Below, one piece after another: positions 42,677 to 55,059 of a DNA stretch of 64,000 nt. How positions within the stretch are numbered: the first letter of the stretch is position 1; the number at the start of each line of letters is the position of its first letter. Source of the stretch: Perkinsela sp. CCAP 1560/9 (lineage: Eukaryota; Protista; Euglenozoa: Kinetoplastea); NCBI GenBank assembly GCA_965644495.1, contig CBFFSA010000015.1:124001-188000 (forward strand), in the 5' to 3' direction. Under the pieces are notes generated by a model. The model was not told the DNA's origin. It made no database searches and saw nothing but the letters and a program-made list of their open reading frames with translations. The position numbers were made by a program, and so were the translations under genes.

Positions 42677-43903
42677 TTACCATTTTAAAATCACTTTACC
42701 AAAATTACGGTTCAGCTCAAGGCGCTCGTGTGCCTTCTTCAGTTGTTGTGTTGCGTATTCGTCAGCAGACATGTTCTTCGGCCTGTCACATTCCTTCGCG
42801 GACAATGGAATCACAGAATCAATAATAGGGTAAAGTGAGTGTTCATCTGGAACAGTGTTCTCATTAAAAATAAGATTTTGAAACAGGCGAAAGCGATTGG
42901 CTGCAAAGCTCACAAACTCGGACACCATCCTTTGTTTGTACTCGACACTCTGTGAACGCAGTGTAGAGAACAGTACCCGGGCTCTTTTTTGTATCAAGGG
43001 CAAACAGCTGATGTTCTCCAACCGATGACCGCCAAGAAACGATAGAACAATATACACCCCGTCGGAGTTTAACGCCGCCATACCTGCTTTAAAGTACCGT
43101 GTCCCAAACACAGGGTCCAGAATACAATCCACCTGGGGCCAGGGTGTCTCACCCCCTCCCTTGCCCTCCGAACCCCCACCTCCCCCCGAAAGCGGCGTCT
43201 CCCCCCGTATCTGCGGGAACACCTCCTCTGCACCTACTTGTTTACACAACGCCGCCTTCCCGGGGCTACATGTGACATAGGGCAGCGCCCCGACGGCACG
43301 ACACAGCCGTATGGCCGCGGTGCCCACCCCACTCCCCCCGGCGTGGATCAGCACACGCTGTCCGTGCCGAATCCCCCCATCGGGGTGGGAGAACAACAAA
43401 CACTGGAACGCCGTGAGGTAAGCCTCCGGGAGGGCAGCCGCGGCAAGCACCACCTCCCTCTCCTCCCCCCCTTCCTTCTCCCTTGCGGTTTGCCTTTCGT
43501 CTCGCCCCCCTGGCCTCTCCTTTGAACTTTGTCTTGTGGGCCCGTGTGACCCAAACAACAGGGCCAGCGGGATCACCTGGGACAGTGGGGCCCGCACGTA
43601 GGTGGCGTAGCCCCCGCCCTCGAGCAGTGCCATCACGGGGGCCCCGGGGTAGAGCCCCGGGGGGAGCGCGGCCCCCCCGGAGTCGTGGAGATACCCCGCG
43701 ACCTCGAGCCCCAGCCCCGAGGGGGCCCCGGGGGGAGGGGGGTAGCGCCCCTGCCGCTGTAGGATGTCGGCGCGGTTGACACCGCTGGACACGACACGGA
43801 GGGTGACCTCGTGGGGGATGGGGGGGGAGGGGGGAGGAAGGGGGAAGGGGTGGAGTTGGAGGACGGAACGGCCCCCCGCTCCGGTGCATACAAAGGCTCG
43901 CAA
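42677..43903 (-). CDS. NADPH:quinone oxidoreductase, PIG3/zeta-crystallin-like MDR (start codon uncertain)
   Basis: GVNRADILQRQGRYPPPPGA...LGLEVAG, VMALLEGGGYA, AAALPEAYLTA, VLIHAGGSGVGTAAI, STLRS, NFGKVIL. No in-frame ATG precedes the domain; TTG at 43903. Confidence 0.85.
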   Translation of the reverse strand: MRAFVCTGAGGRSVLQLHPFPLPPPSPPIPHEVTLRVVSSGVNRADILQRQGRYPPPPGAPSGLGLEVAGYLHDSGGAALPPGLYPGAPVMALLEGGGYATYVRAPLSQVIPLALLFGSHGPTRQSSKERPGGRDERQTAREKEGGEEREVVLAAAALPEAYLTAFQCLLFSHPDGGIRHGQRVLIHAGGSGVGTAAIRLCRAVGALPYVTCSPGKAALCKQVGAEEVFPQIRGETPLSGGGGGSEGKGGGETPWPQVDCILDPVFGTRYFKAGMAALNSDGVYIVLSFLGGHRLENISCLPLIQKRARVLFSTLRSQSVEYKQRMVSEFVSFAANRFRLFQNLIFNENTVPDEHSLYPIIDSVIPLSAKECDRPKNMSADEYATQQLKKAHERLELNRNFGKVILKW

Positions 43904-44029
43904 AGAGAGAGGGGGGGGGAAGGTAGGATAGAAAAAGAAAAGAAGAAAGGGGGGGCAATGGAAGGGTTTCAGGGGTTGGCACTCGCACACTGATAATGCA
44001 TAAAACTCGCACACTGATAATGCATATTA

Positions 44030-45113
<1,084 letters not shown>

Positions 45114-45884
45114 TAATGTGAGGGTTGGTAGTCCTAATCTGGGCTTACCCAGAGAGGGTCCACCAACCCGTCATTATCACGGCGCAGTAGACGCGCCATG
45201 GCAGGCCTGGCACCATGAAGGCCAGACAAAAAAAAATGACTTGACGCCTCCGGGCTTGAAACCCGGCCTGCACAAAATCCGAAAACTGTTTCGGCAGAAT
45301 TCAGGCAGATTTGATGGAGCGTGGAGCCGCTATTTGATACAGCGTGGAGCTGCTCGCATGGAGTGTGGAGCCGCTGCGTTGTCAGCGTGGAGTCATTCAT
45401 GCAAATTTGATCGAGTGTGGAGCCGCTGTTTGATACAGTGTGGAGCCGCTCGCATGGAGCGTAGAGCCGCTGCGTTGTCAGCGTGGAGCCATTCATTCAA
45501 ATTTGATCGAGTGTGGAGCCGCTGTTTGATACAGTGTGGAGCCGCTCGCATGGAGTGTGGAGCCGCTGCGTTGTCAGCGTGGAGCCATTCATGCAAATTT
45601 AATCGAGTGTGGAGCCGCCGTTTGATATAGCGTGGAGCCGCTCGCATGGAGTGTGGAGCCGCTGTTTTATCAGCGTGGAGCCACTCATGCTAACTTGATG
45701 GAGCGTGGAGCCGCTGTTTGATACAGCGTGGAGCTGCTCGCATGGAGTGTGGAGCCGCTGCGTTGTCAGCGTGGAGCCATTCATGCTAACTTGATGGAGC
45801 GTGGAGCCGCTGTTTGATATAGCGTGGAGCCGCTCGCATGGAGTGTGGAGCCGCTGCGTTGTCAGCGTGGAGCCACTCATGCTA

Positions 45885-48255
45885 CAGTGTACACAATTAT
45901 TAGTGTAAGAATAATTCGTAAAACAAAAATTAGTAAATTTTTAATTAGTAAAACATTTTGCAAAATTCAGGTTTTACACCTTACATTTTTTTTTATTTTT
46001 TTCGAAATTCTATTTTTTTTTACGAAAAGTTTTCAGATTACTATGTCGCTCGACATCGGAGAAATGATATTTCTCAGCAATCTGATAAGTGCTTCGTCTA
46101 GCAACACGCCCTCCGGAACTTCCCTAACAGATGAGCAAAAGAATTGGTTATTCGAACACACTCGTGGTGTTTTTCGGGGCGAAGATGTTCGACGAAAGTT
46201 TGAGCTGAAATTTCATCGAGGTCTCAGTTCAGCCGCTATGACCAAGTACAAGCGCATTGCGCGTTTGGATGACGTTGGTTCTCGTGGTCGAAAGAGTCTT
46301 CTCACGGAAGACGAAGAAGCTCAGTTGTTAAAAGCCTTTTTGCTGATTCGACGAACTGGCGTTGCTGTCGACGCAGCTCGCGTAGCCAAAATTGCGAAAG
46401 GTATCAGAGAACAGCGACAGACGGGATCCACAGTGCTGAACGGTGGCACGTTGAAATTTTCGATTTCTTGGGCAAATTCTTGGATGCACCGCAATGGCAT
46501 TAAGGTGCGACGGGCAACTACAACTCGAACTGTGACACCTATTGAAGTTGCACAGGCAGCTAATGTATTTTTTTCTCATTTACGTGGCCTAAAATCTTTC
46601 GATGTTCGAAAAGAGCTTGTGTTTAACGCGGACGAGTTTTTCGTTGGTCTTTCTCCAGAAGGCTCAAACATGAAGTGGACTTGGGAGCGAATTGACGTCG
46701 GAGAAAGTAGAAGTGTTGAAATCCAGAATCGCAAAGGGGGTTTCACTTGTACGATGCTAACGAATGCTGCTGGTGATTTGAATCTTCTACAATTCATTTT
46801 TCAGGGTACTTCCCGCATGTTTGTCGACGTTGAACACAATGATCGAATTCTACAGTGCGCTCGGACCGGATCTCACTTTCAAGATTCAAGCACTTGGGCC
46901 GAATTTCTCGAAAGATTTCTTGATATTGTTGATGTGGAGAGGAGCAAACTTTCAGACGTTAACACTCCGGCTCTCCATATCATAGATGGTGCAACACAAC
47001 ACAAAGACTCTGCCACGGCGCTTTCCTCCAAAAACTGCAAGTGTGTAGAAATTCCGCCTAAAATGACTCACGTTTTTCAGCCGGCGGATCAGTTTGTGAT
47101 ATCTGGGTTGAAAGTCAAGGCTCGAGCACTTTTCAATGATTATGTTGCTCGCATTTTTGCCCGTCAAAATGCCGAAGATGCCGTCCATGAAATGGTTATG
47201 TCTTCCGCTTCACATCTCCGAACGCAAAAAGTCACGCTAATTACCAAAGCTATGCGAGAAATTACTCGTGCTCAAGTCATTGCTTCTTGGAAAGTTGCGG
47301 GTATAACTGCCGCTCTTTTTGATGAAACTGAGATGTGTACTCCGACACGAGCCGACGCGTACGCATCCTTGCTCACCGAAAGCGAACGTGAAACAGTCAG
47401 CAGACATGGAGATGAGCTACAAGAAATGCACGTAAATGTTAACGTTGATGAAATCGAACCCCCAGAAGACCAAGATATTCGACAGGAAAATATTCAACAT
47501 ATTGTCTCTCTTCAACGCAAGAAACGAGGTTGTCCTCCCAACCCCAGTCTTTCAGAACGGCTTGAATCAAATAGAATTGAGAAGGAAAAAAAGAATCAAG
47601 CTCGTGAGGAAGGATACAAACTGAAAGAACAGACAAAAGGCATGAGTCGAGCTCAGAAGAAGTTATTCATTTCTCAAAAGAAGTGTGCAAAACTAGATCT
47701 ATGGGGTTTCGGGAAGACTTCTTCTGAAATTGAGACATCCGCCAGTGCCGAAAATACATTTTTCTCTGCAGCTACGTCTATATGCACGCCTATTCGTTCA
47801 ACTCCTCGAAAGGTCCAGTCAGATAAATACAAATGCATGCACAATAATCACATTGACTATAGCAGCGATTATGAAGACAGTTCGGAATTTGAAGGGGAAA
47901 GTGAAACGGAAAGCGAGCAAGATTTCTGTGAGCAATATTTCTATGAGCAAGATTTTTATTAATATTATTTTTTCTGGGTGTTTTTTACTCTGTGCTACAG
48001 ACACATATTACTTTCCACGCTTCTGATTTTTTTCTGAATCTCTGACTTTCTTGTTCGTTGTATTCCTATTTTTAAAAGACTTTCTCGCTCCTCGAACGCG
48101 AAACATCGCTCTCTTGTATTTAAGACATTTTATCAAGTTGGCAAATTTTTTGGGGGCAGCGCAAAAATTAGTAAAGCAAAAATTTGTGAATTTTTAATTA
48201 GTAAAACGTTTTTATTATTTTACAATAAAAGTTTTACTAATTTTTGCGAGCACTG
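45885..48255 (+). mobile_element. pogo/Tigger-like DNA transposon, apparently intact
   Basis: TA duplication, CAGTG...CACTG imperfect TIRs, subterminal AATTAGTAAA repeats, uninterrupted transposase ORF. Confidence 0.9.
46043..47962 (+). CDS. pogo-family transposase (CENP-B-type HTH plus DDE_1), 639 aa
   Basis: LTEDEEAQL...KFSISWANSWMHRNGI, VFNADE, IIDGATQH, IPPKMTHVFQPADQ; acidic C-terminal tail. Confidence 0.88.
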   Translation: MSLDIGEMIFLSNLISASSSNTPSGTSLTDEQKNWLFEHTRGVFRGEDVRRKFELKFHRGLSSAAMTKYKRIARLDDVGSRGRKSLLTEDEEAQLLKAFLLIRRTGVAVDAARVAKIAKGIREQRQTGSTVLNGGTLKFSISWANSWMHRNGIKVRRATTTRTVTPIEVAQAANVFFSHLRGLKSFDVRKELVFNADEFFVGLSPEGSNMKWTWERIDVGESRSVEIQNRKGGFTCTMLTNAAGDLNLLQFIFQGTSRMFVDVEHNDRILQCARTGSHFQDSSTWAEFLERFLDIVDVERSKLSDVNTPALHIIDGATQHKDSATALSSKNCKCVEIPPKMTHVFQPADQFVISGLKVKARALFNDYVARIFARQNAEDAVHEMVMSSASHLRTQKVTLITKAMREITRAQVIASWKVAGITAALFDETEMCTPTRADAYASLLTESERETVSRHGDELQEMHVNVNVDEIEPPEDQDIRQENIQHIVSLQRKKRGCPPNPSLSERLESNRIEKEKKNQAREEGYKLKEQTKGMSRAQKKLFISQKKCAKLDLWGFGKTSSEIETSASAENTFFSAATSICTPIRSTPRKVQSDKYKCMHNNHIDYSSDYEDSSEFEGESETESEQDFCEQYFYEQDFY

Positions 48256-48652
48256 TAACTTGATGGAGCGTGGAGCCGCTGTTTGATATAGCGTGGAGCC
48301 ACTCATGTTAATTTGATGGAGCGTGGAGCCGCTGTACCTCTGAAACTTTATACTGTAGCCAAGTTCTCGTGTAGGCTTCCGTGTAGATTTCATGTACATT
48401 AGTAGTACAGAAGCGTTATGGCTACAATGAATTGGGATTGGCATACGGTTGGAAATAATTATTTTCAGTTGCCTTCTACGCGACAATGATGCGACGTAAT
48501 TCCGCCGCCTCGCGGCGTACAACTTCAGCAGAAGAAGAAGCAACTGAGGTGTTGATCCTACCTTCGTTATCGTTTACGGACGCAGTTTAGGAAGCCTCTT
48601 TTTCTGCGGTACGACACTCCTTTCGATCTCCCCTTTGTAGTTGCGTTAATGC

Positions 48653-49507
48653 ATGGGGCACCGGAGCTTTCTTTTCAAAATACTCTTCTTGAGTTCGTGG
48701 ATACGGAATTCACGAGTAAGAGCAAGCCGGAACGTTCTACTACTCGCCCAGCAGCTCATGGAGGCGCGAAAAACACGGCAAGTGGAACCTATTGTTCCAA
48801 TACTTGATGACCAGCATAAACGTCGGGTTCTCGTAGAGCTAATCCTCGATCCTCCAAAAGTTACTAAGAAGGTGGAGACGCGGTCGACTGACACTGCGAC
48901 GAATGACCAGCTTGTCGGCTGGATCGGGACTAAACTCACCCCTTGCATCGACGGCATGCTTTGGGAAGCTATGCAGGAGGACACAGCCTTTCGATCGTTC
49001 GGAAAACCTTTATTGGGGACTTCTTTCGGCCAATATTTCCTGTCAATGTTTATGGCCTCAGGCAAAGGGCGTGTTCCGATTCAAATACGGGATCATGAAG
49101 CTTTGAGTATTGCAGGAATTTTTTTTGTCTCGGAGCTGGCGGCACTGTTTCTCGCCTTTAAAGGCGGATGCAAGGATTCATCAGCGAACAGGTGCGTCGA
49201 GTCTTGTCGCGCCACAGTTGGCATGATATCTTCAGAAAATTCCGTTATTATACCAGCGGAGGTTCAAGCCACGATGAAGGTGAACGAGTCCAACGAGTAT
49301 CCAGGTAAACAGAAAGGGAATACCTTTTTCAGCCGTCACGGGCGCCGAGTTCATCCTGGATACTACCCCCAAGCCCAGCGCCAACCTTTTCACAAGTTTC
49401 GTAATCGAGGAATGAAACGCAACAACCCTGAAGACAAATCGGGAATCCTGGGTTCTGACAATGGGAAGAATAAAAGTAACTCCTACCCTCGAAAAATAAA
49501 TATGTGA
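48653..49507 (+). CDS. Hypothetical ORF upstream of the tyrosine recombinase (possible gag-like ORF1)
   Basis: 284-aa ORF with a basic C-terminus, co-oriented with the recombinase and antisense to host genes; no motif recognised. Confidence 0.4.
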   Translation: MGHRSFLFKILFLSSWIRNSRVRASRNVLLLAQQLMEARKTRQVEPIVPILDDQHKRRVLVELILDPPKVTKKVETRSTDTATNDQLVGWIGTKLTPCIDGMLWEAMQEDTAFRSFGKPLLGTSFGQYFLSMFMASGKGRVPIQIRDHEALSIAGIFFVSELAALFLAFKGGCKDSSANRCVESCRATVGMISSENSVIIPAEVQATMKVNESNEYPGKQKGNTFFSRHGRRVHPGYYPQAQRQPFHKFRNRGMKRNNPEDKSGILGSDNGKNKSNSYPRKINM

Positions 49508-50158
49508 GGTGGAGAAAAAGCGCCGTGGTGAAAGAAAGAAAAAAGAGGGACGCGAAATATGCTTTGCAGGTGAATTTAAATTTTGCAGATAGATGAACAT
49601 TTTTCATCTATCAAAAATGCAGAAAGATTTGAAATGTGCGTTCTATTAACTCCGGTGACGCGAATACGTCGTGCATACTGTTAAACCAGTTTTTTTAATA
49701 TACAGTATTTTGTTTTTTTACCTTGTGGGCTATCTTTTCAACGATATTCCTTCGGTACAGACAGCTTCGAGTGCGTGAAAGTCTGGTAAGTGCGGAGAAT
49801 ACAATGATGTAGACAAGTCGATACAACCCAATTAACCAATAACTTTTCAATAGAGTACACGGTAACATTCGTGTAATTAGCATACTTTGCAGGCTAATAA
49901 GTTCATTATAGGAGATTTTGCACTCTTTTGAATGGGGAGTGAAAGGCAATGCCTAGATTGAAAGGTGTAAAACAAAATAGTTAAAAACGAGAATCATAAT
50001 TCCACACTTTTAGGTGAATCATGAATAGTGGACACAGGTGTCGCATTGTGTATTGCGTATTCCGGCTTTACGGGATATTTTAAGTAAAGTTGAGTTGAAA
50101 GGAATCAAAATGTCATACCGTCTTCAACGAATAGCTTTAATACGCTCTACTCCTACAC

Positions 50159-51053
50159 ATGATACCGCATGAGAGGAAGTCTGCTTTAAAGGAGTATTCA
50201 GAGCTTGAGAAACTAGCAGAGCGTTCTGTAGCTTCCTCTACTCTTTCGATGTATCGCGGCCGCATAAACGTGATCAAACGTTTTAGTATTGACGCGGGAT
50301 GCAATCGCATCACGAAGGAGGCGTTTGGAAGCTTCTTATCGCAACTTGCCGACACGGGAAAATCCTCTATACAATTCCACTATACAAGGATACTACAGTG
50401 CTCTCATATTTTTTCAGGAAGTACATTTTGATTTAAAGAAAGGTGAAAATATGTGGGCCAAAGATCCCATTGTTACACGCGCTGTTGAGGGCGCAAAGTG
50501 CGTTAGTAAACAAAATAGGATCGAAAGAAAGGAAAGAGGATACGTGACAGAAAGTATGCTGGGTCAACTTACGAACTGGGTTTCAGCTAGGCGCGACGGG
50601 CTTCAACTTGCCAACGCGCTCAAAGTTCAGTTTTATGCCGCACTGAGGTCATGTGAAATATAAACACTACGTGGTGGTGATCTGTGCGGCGAAGGAAATA
50701 GAATGTATTTGTTAGTTCGAGGGGATAAGGCACAAAAACAAAGCTCAAGCCGGTTGAGAAACAAACCTTTGTGTCCTCGCGCAATTCATATCATTGAGCC
50801 TATTATGGAAATGATTCCACTCGGCAAACACGCTTTTCCGGCTTATAAGAAGAGAAGAGTGGGTCAACTCTTGAAACAAGCGGCCAATGAACTCATGTGG
50901 CCTCCAGATGTACGGTTCGACGGGACACACACATTGCGTCACGGTGGTACAGATATGGCAGTAGATGAGGCCTTGGACGTAATGAAGGATGCCCTTGCAG
51001 GAATGTCAAGTAGAGTGCGTGAAAGGCACTACATGAGCCCAAGACTCCAATAG
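50159..51053 (+). pseudogene. Tyrosine recombinase of a DIRS/TATE/Crypton-type element (one frameshift, one in-frame stop)
   Basis: SVASSTLSMY...STIQGYYSAL N-domain; catalytic ALRSCEI, GDK, HTLRHGG, RHY. Frameshift near 50365; TAA at 50661-50663. Confidence 0.8.
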
Positions 51054-51563
51054 AAAACAAGCTTTTGGTATTAGAATTCTTACTAGCGCTCCCAAGGAAT
51101 AATCTCAGACTTAATCTCTAAACAAAAAATTACTATTTGCATATTCTTGTTATTTTCTTGCTGTTAATAAACAGCACCAGAGGAGTCGGCTATCATAAGT
51201 ACTTTTCAAGAATGAAACAAAAAAAAGAGCAATTAAATGAGAGATCGTCTTTCATGCGTGAGGAAGCATAGATTCAAAAGTTTACAAGTTACTGCGACAC
51301 CCCCTGTGGGGCTCCCAAACCAAATCTCTCTTACTGGGGGGGTATCTTACTGGGGGGGTATACGGTACTACCATAACCTTTTTTCTCTATCGCAAAGTTT
51401 TGACTATTGCAAAATTAAAGTGGGCTTGCTTCTGGGCGCAACCCAAAATGGGGAAGTAAGGTCGGGACCTCCTCGTGGTCTTCCCTGGCACTGCTATCTT
51501 ACTGATGGTACTAACGCTGACCTAAGAACATTCGTAAGCAGATATTTTTGAAGTATGCACGAA

Positions 51564-51659
51564 CTGTAACCCCCCCACTTAATTGTCATAGCTCCACCCC
51601 CCCCTACTTATTTGTCCTTTTTTCGAAAAAGGGGTGACAAATAAGTGGGGGGGGCACAG
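51564..51659. mobile_element. ~96-bp MITE
   Basis: CTGTAACCCCCCCACTTAATTGTCA / TGACAAATAAGTGGGGGGGGCACAG. Confidence 0.65.
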
Positions 51660-51660
51660 T

Positions 51661-51835
51661 ATGTTATGAGTGTACATTATGCATTATGAGTGTGCATTAT
51701 GCATTATGAGTGTGCATTATGTATTATGAGTGTGCATTATGCATTATGAGTGTGCGAGTTACTATGCATTATCAGTGTGCGAGTTTTATGCATTACATGT
51801 ATCAGTGTGCGAGTTTTTATGCATTATCAGTGTGC
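51661..51835. repeat. Simple repeat of tgcattat(g/c)agtg units (also 52530-52600 and rc at 43981-44025)
   Basis: Directly visible tandem units. Confidence 0.8.
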
Positions 51836-53233
51836 TAATTGCGGTGGTTGTATAACTACCGCTCTACCCTCGATTATTGCAAAAAAAGTGAACAAAAACA
51901 GTGAAAACAAAAAACAGTGAAAGAGAAACACAGTAATATAATAAAAGAAAAAAATATAGAAGAGGGCTCCGGTGGTCCAAAATAGAAAAAAATAGAAAAA
52001 AATGGGGGGTCCAGGGGGGGGCAAACGTCGCTTTTTGAAATTTTCAAAGTCTTGATTTTCGAAATCGAGCGCAGGGAAGTGGTAGAGTAGGCCGCGGGGA
52101 TGACTTTCCACCCCTCACCTGGAGGTACCCCCCTGGTACGCGAGAGGGGACCGACAAGGTCATAAATTCCGAAATTTTTGGGGTGACCAAAAAAAAGTAA
52201 AAATATTATTTTTCCAAAATCGACTCTTAAAACGTATTTGAAGAGTTTTGAACCTCAGCTATCGTTCTACGACGCTTCTTGCGACAGATTCGCCTCCTGC
52301 CCCTACTGGTAAGGCACCCAAAAAGTCCAAAATTCGGGTTAAAATTTCGCAATTTTCGCCGAAAAATCCAGCTTTTTCAACCAAAAAACTAGACTCTTCA
52401 TGACCGTTTGGCGATTTTTTTTTTAGGCTCTTCGTTAAACGCGGTGGTAGTTTTCCACGCGAAGCGCGCAGGATGAGTGACTTCTAAGTTGAAAACCGCG
52501 TTTAACGAAGAGCCTAAAAAAGAAAAATCAGTGTGCCTATATGCATTATCAGTGTGCATTATGCATTATCAGCGTGCGAGTTTTATGCATTATCAGTGTG
52601 CGGGTGCCGTTTCTGCCGATCTTCCTACTTGGTAAATTTCGATTTTTATCCGTTTTTGTTCATTTTTCTTTCAAAAGCAAGACTTTTTCTTGCTCATTAT
52701 TTTATTTCTCTAGCAAAGCGAATAGAGAGAGAGAGGTCGATATTTACGCGCTTACAAGGGGTTTAGCGAAGAGACTGAACAAGAACAACCTTTTTAATGT
52801 TTTTTTTTAAAGTTTCCGAACCCTGCTCTATTTTTGTTCACTTTTTTCATCAATCGAGGGTAGAGCGGTAGTTCTACAATCACCACAATAAAAGTGCGTA
52901 AAAATTGAAAGGGCTAAAATGAGACTCCCTTTAGGTACTCACATATTCCCCCTAATAAATCGCTGTACAAGAAAGCAAAGTATTGTATTGATGTCATGAA
53001 ACAAGTTTTTGAAAGGAGACAAGTTTCGTGAGACACGCATTTTGAGATACTTCCACACTAAAAAAATGGTGGAAAAAACCTTTCGACACAGTAACTGCAT
53101 ACATGTATACTATCCAAAAAATGAAAAAGTGGCAAGAATACTTTGTTCAGTGAGGAGGCAAGAACTAGTTCTAGGAGAAAAAAAGTGAATAAAATTGTTG
53201 TATGAACACAATGAAACCATCAATCACTGTATA

Positions 53234-54811
53234 TTAGGCTAAGTTTCCAAGATGCGCGTCAAGAATCGACTGGTTCGATATTTCGGACGCATTGTACAAC
53301 ACTGTGATTTTACTGTCAGTAAGCCATAGACGTACATTTGCACCCTTTGCTTTAGAACGCAATTCTAGAGGCGGGGTGAAATACTTCATTGATTCGGCTG
53401 AAATCCAGTAAGGCGACTCAAACTTTTCATGTTGCATTACTTCATTCAGCTGATTTTGGACATGAGTGGGGAATTGCTTGCCACTGATCCCGCTGTACAT
53501 CACAAGGTGTTTCTCTTTGCGTGTTCGCGACCCTACTCTCCGTATGGCGCAAGGGTTCGAAGTTTGTTCTGCATTGTACCATTTCTTCTTCTTTTCCAAG
53601 AGTGTGAATGACTCTTCATCTTGATTGCTTCCACCTATCGTGATACCCACCTGTCCGGGAATAATATGCACTTGATCTTGGAAAGTGTTGCGAAGCGATT
53701 CTTCCGTGAGCCATATGTTGCTGCGGAACCCCTTTTCCTTGGCATGACCATGCAGTTCTGCTTGCCAGTGCAATGGGAGTGGTTTCGCGCCCCAGATGCC
53801 ACGCATGAGACCACGACGGGCAAATTCTATCAACCGGACAGGATCAGTGGTACTCTCCGCGTTGTAAAAGTGATGCGTTTCCTCTTTTCCTTGTTTGAAC
53901 GTGATTTTGACGATGCAGCATTTAGCCCCTTCCAGTGGCATGATGCGGCTGCCGTGTACAAGTGTAAGCGCTCTGTCTGTGATCCAATAGGGAGAAGATA
54001 ATCGATGTTCCTTGGAGAAGGCTTGAAGGACGCGCTGCAAGGGAACTCCTAACGGGATGCTTGTCAGTGCACTGCGATGAACGCGTTCAAAGAAATGAGT
54101 AACTACCTCTTGTGGGTCGGAAGTTTGCTGCGCGTTGTAGTACACGTATGGCTGAGTTGCGCTCGAAGCATCCGAAGCAGAAAAGTCGGGAGTACCATGC
54201 TCTGATATCACGGTATAAGAAGGTTTGTCAGCAAATGGAGGCTTGGAAAAAGTTACGCCTTTGCACATGGGAAGAGGGTTGATGTTTCCGTCCCCTATTA
54301 AGGGTAACTCATGCGCGGCAGCCCAAATATTCCACTCCCAATTTTCTTGTGCCGCACGCGTAGATAAATATAGGTCGTGCGGGGGACGAAACCTTCTTCC
54401 CGTCATGGCATTTACACACGATTTAGATTTCCGTAAATACTTGCCAATTTTTTGCACCATGCTGGTGGCCGCTCCAGGGTCGGAAGTTTGTTCCAGATTG
54501 TACCACATCTTGTTTTCAACAATTTCATCAGATTCTTCCCTTGAGGATATATCAGCATTTGTTTTTAATGTAGCTTTTGAGGCTTGTGACACATTATTAT
54601 TTCCATCAAGCTCGGAGACAACTGAATTTCCAGATTGAATAGTGATGCACCCACCGGTTATAGCCTGTAGCTGTACTTCGGTAACCCAATATGGAGAATT
54701 GAATCCCTTTTCTTGGGCAACCTGAGCTAAATTCTTACAGAAAGGAGCAGGGAAAGGCTCCCCACTCACACCGCGGAGCGGCAGATAGCGCAGAGCACAA
54801 ACAAATCGCAT
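53234..54811 (-). CDS. Tc38/RBP38 (p38)-domain repeat protein, mitochondrial single-stranded nucleic-acid-binding family
   Basis: Five repeats of (S/T)G..F....Q..L...A....(F/L).S..W.T...YN(A/L)(E/Q)QT.(D/N)P; MRFVCALRYL presequence. Confidence 0.72.
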   Translation of the reverse strand: MRFVCALRYLPLRGVSGEPFPAPFCKNLAQVAQEKGFNSPYWVTEVQLQAITGGCITIQSGNSVVSELDGNNNVSQASKATLKTNADISSREESDEIVENKMWYNLEQTSDPGAATSMVQKIGKYLRKSKSCVNAMTGRRFRPPHDLYLSTRAAQENWEWNIWAAAHELPLIGDGNINPLPMCKGVTFSKPPFADKPSYTVISEHGTPDFSASDASSATQPYVYYNAQQTSDPQEVVTHFFERVHRSALTSIPLGVPLQRVLQAFSKEHRLSSPYWITDRALTLVHGSRIMPLEGAKCCIVKITFKQGKEETHHFYNAESTTDPVRLIEFARRGLMRGIWGAKPLPLHWQAELHGHAKEKGFRSNIWLTEESLRNTFQDQVHIIPGQVGITIGGSNQDEESFTLLEKKKKWYNAEQTSNPCAIRRVGSRTRKEKHLVMYSGISGKQFPTHVQNQLNEVMQHEKFESPYWISAESMKYFTPPLELRSKAKGANVRLWLTDSKITVLYNASEISNQSILDAHLGNLA

Positions 54812-55059
54812 AGGCCTCTAAAACAATAGTTCGTAAAAGTTAGATTGCTCGCAAAAATTAATAAAACTTTTATTGTAAAATTACAAAAAAAGGAACCGGT
54901 GAAAAAGGATGATTTTTCCGAAATGTTTTACTACAGTCCCTCCTATTTAGTGTTTAGTAGAATTGGACAAAAATAAACACTAAGTTATTTAAAGTACAGT
55001 AAGTTAGTTAAAGTGAAGGAGAGAGGAAATATCAATGAAAAATACATGAGGGGACAACA

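Larger units (their letters stand above)
45305..48334. repeat. 96-bp tandem repeat built from TGGAGCCGCT subunits, split by the pogo-like element
   Basis: gag(t/c)gt(g/a)gagccgctg at 45361, 45457, 45553 ... 45841; the array resumes at 48256 (catgcTA|acttgatgg restored). Confidence 0.85.

Noticed and set aside
45305-45884. CRISPR-like array or repeat protein
   Set aside because: Whole 96-bp units repeat with no unique spacers, frames contain stops, there are no cas genes, and the context is eukaryotic.
48400-48420. Minus-strand ataacgcttctgtacta as an SL relic
   Set aside because: Short match lacking the GATACAG core.
51510-51518. ACTAACGCT, matching the SL 5' end
   Set aside because: A 9-mer with no downstream SL core; expected by chance in a window this size.
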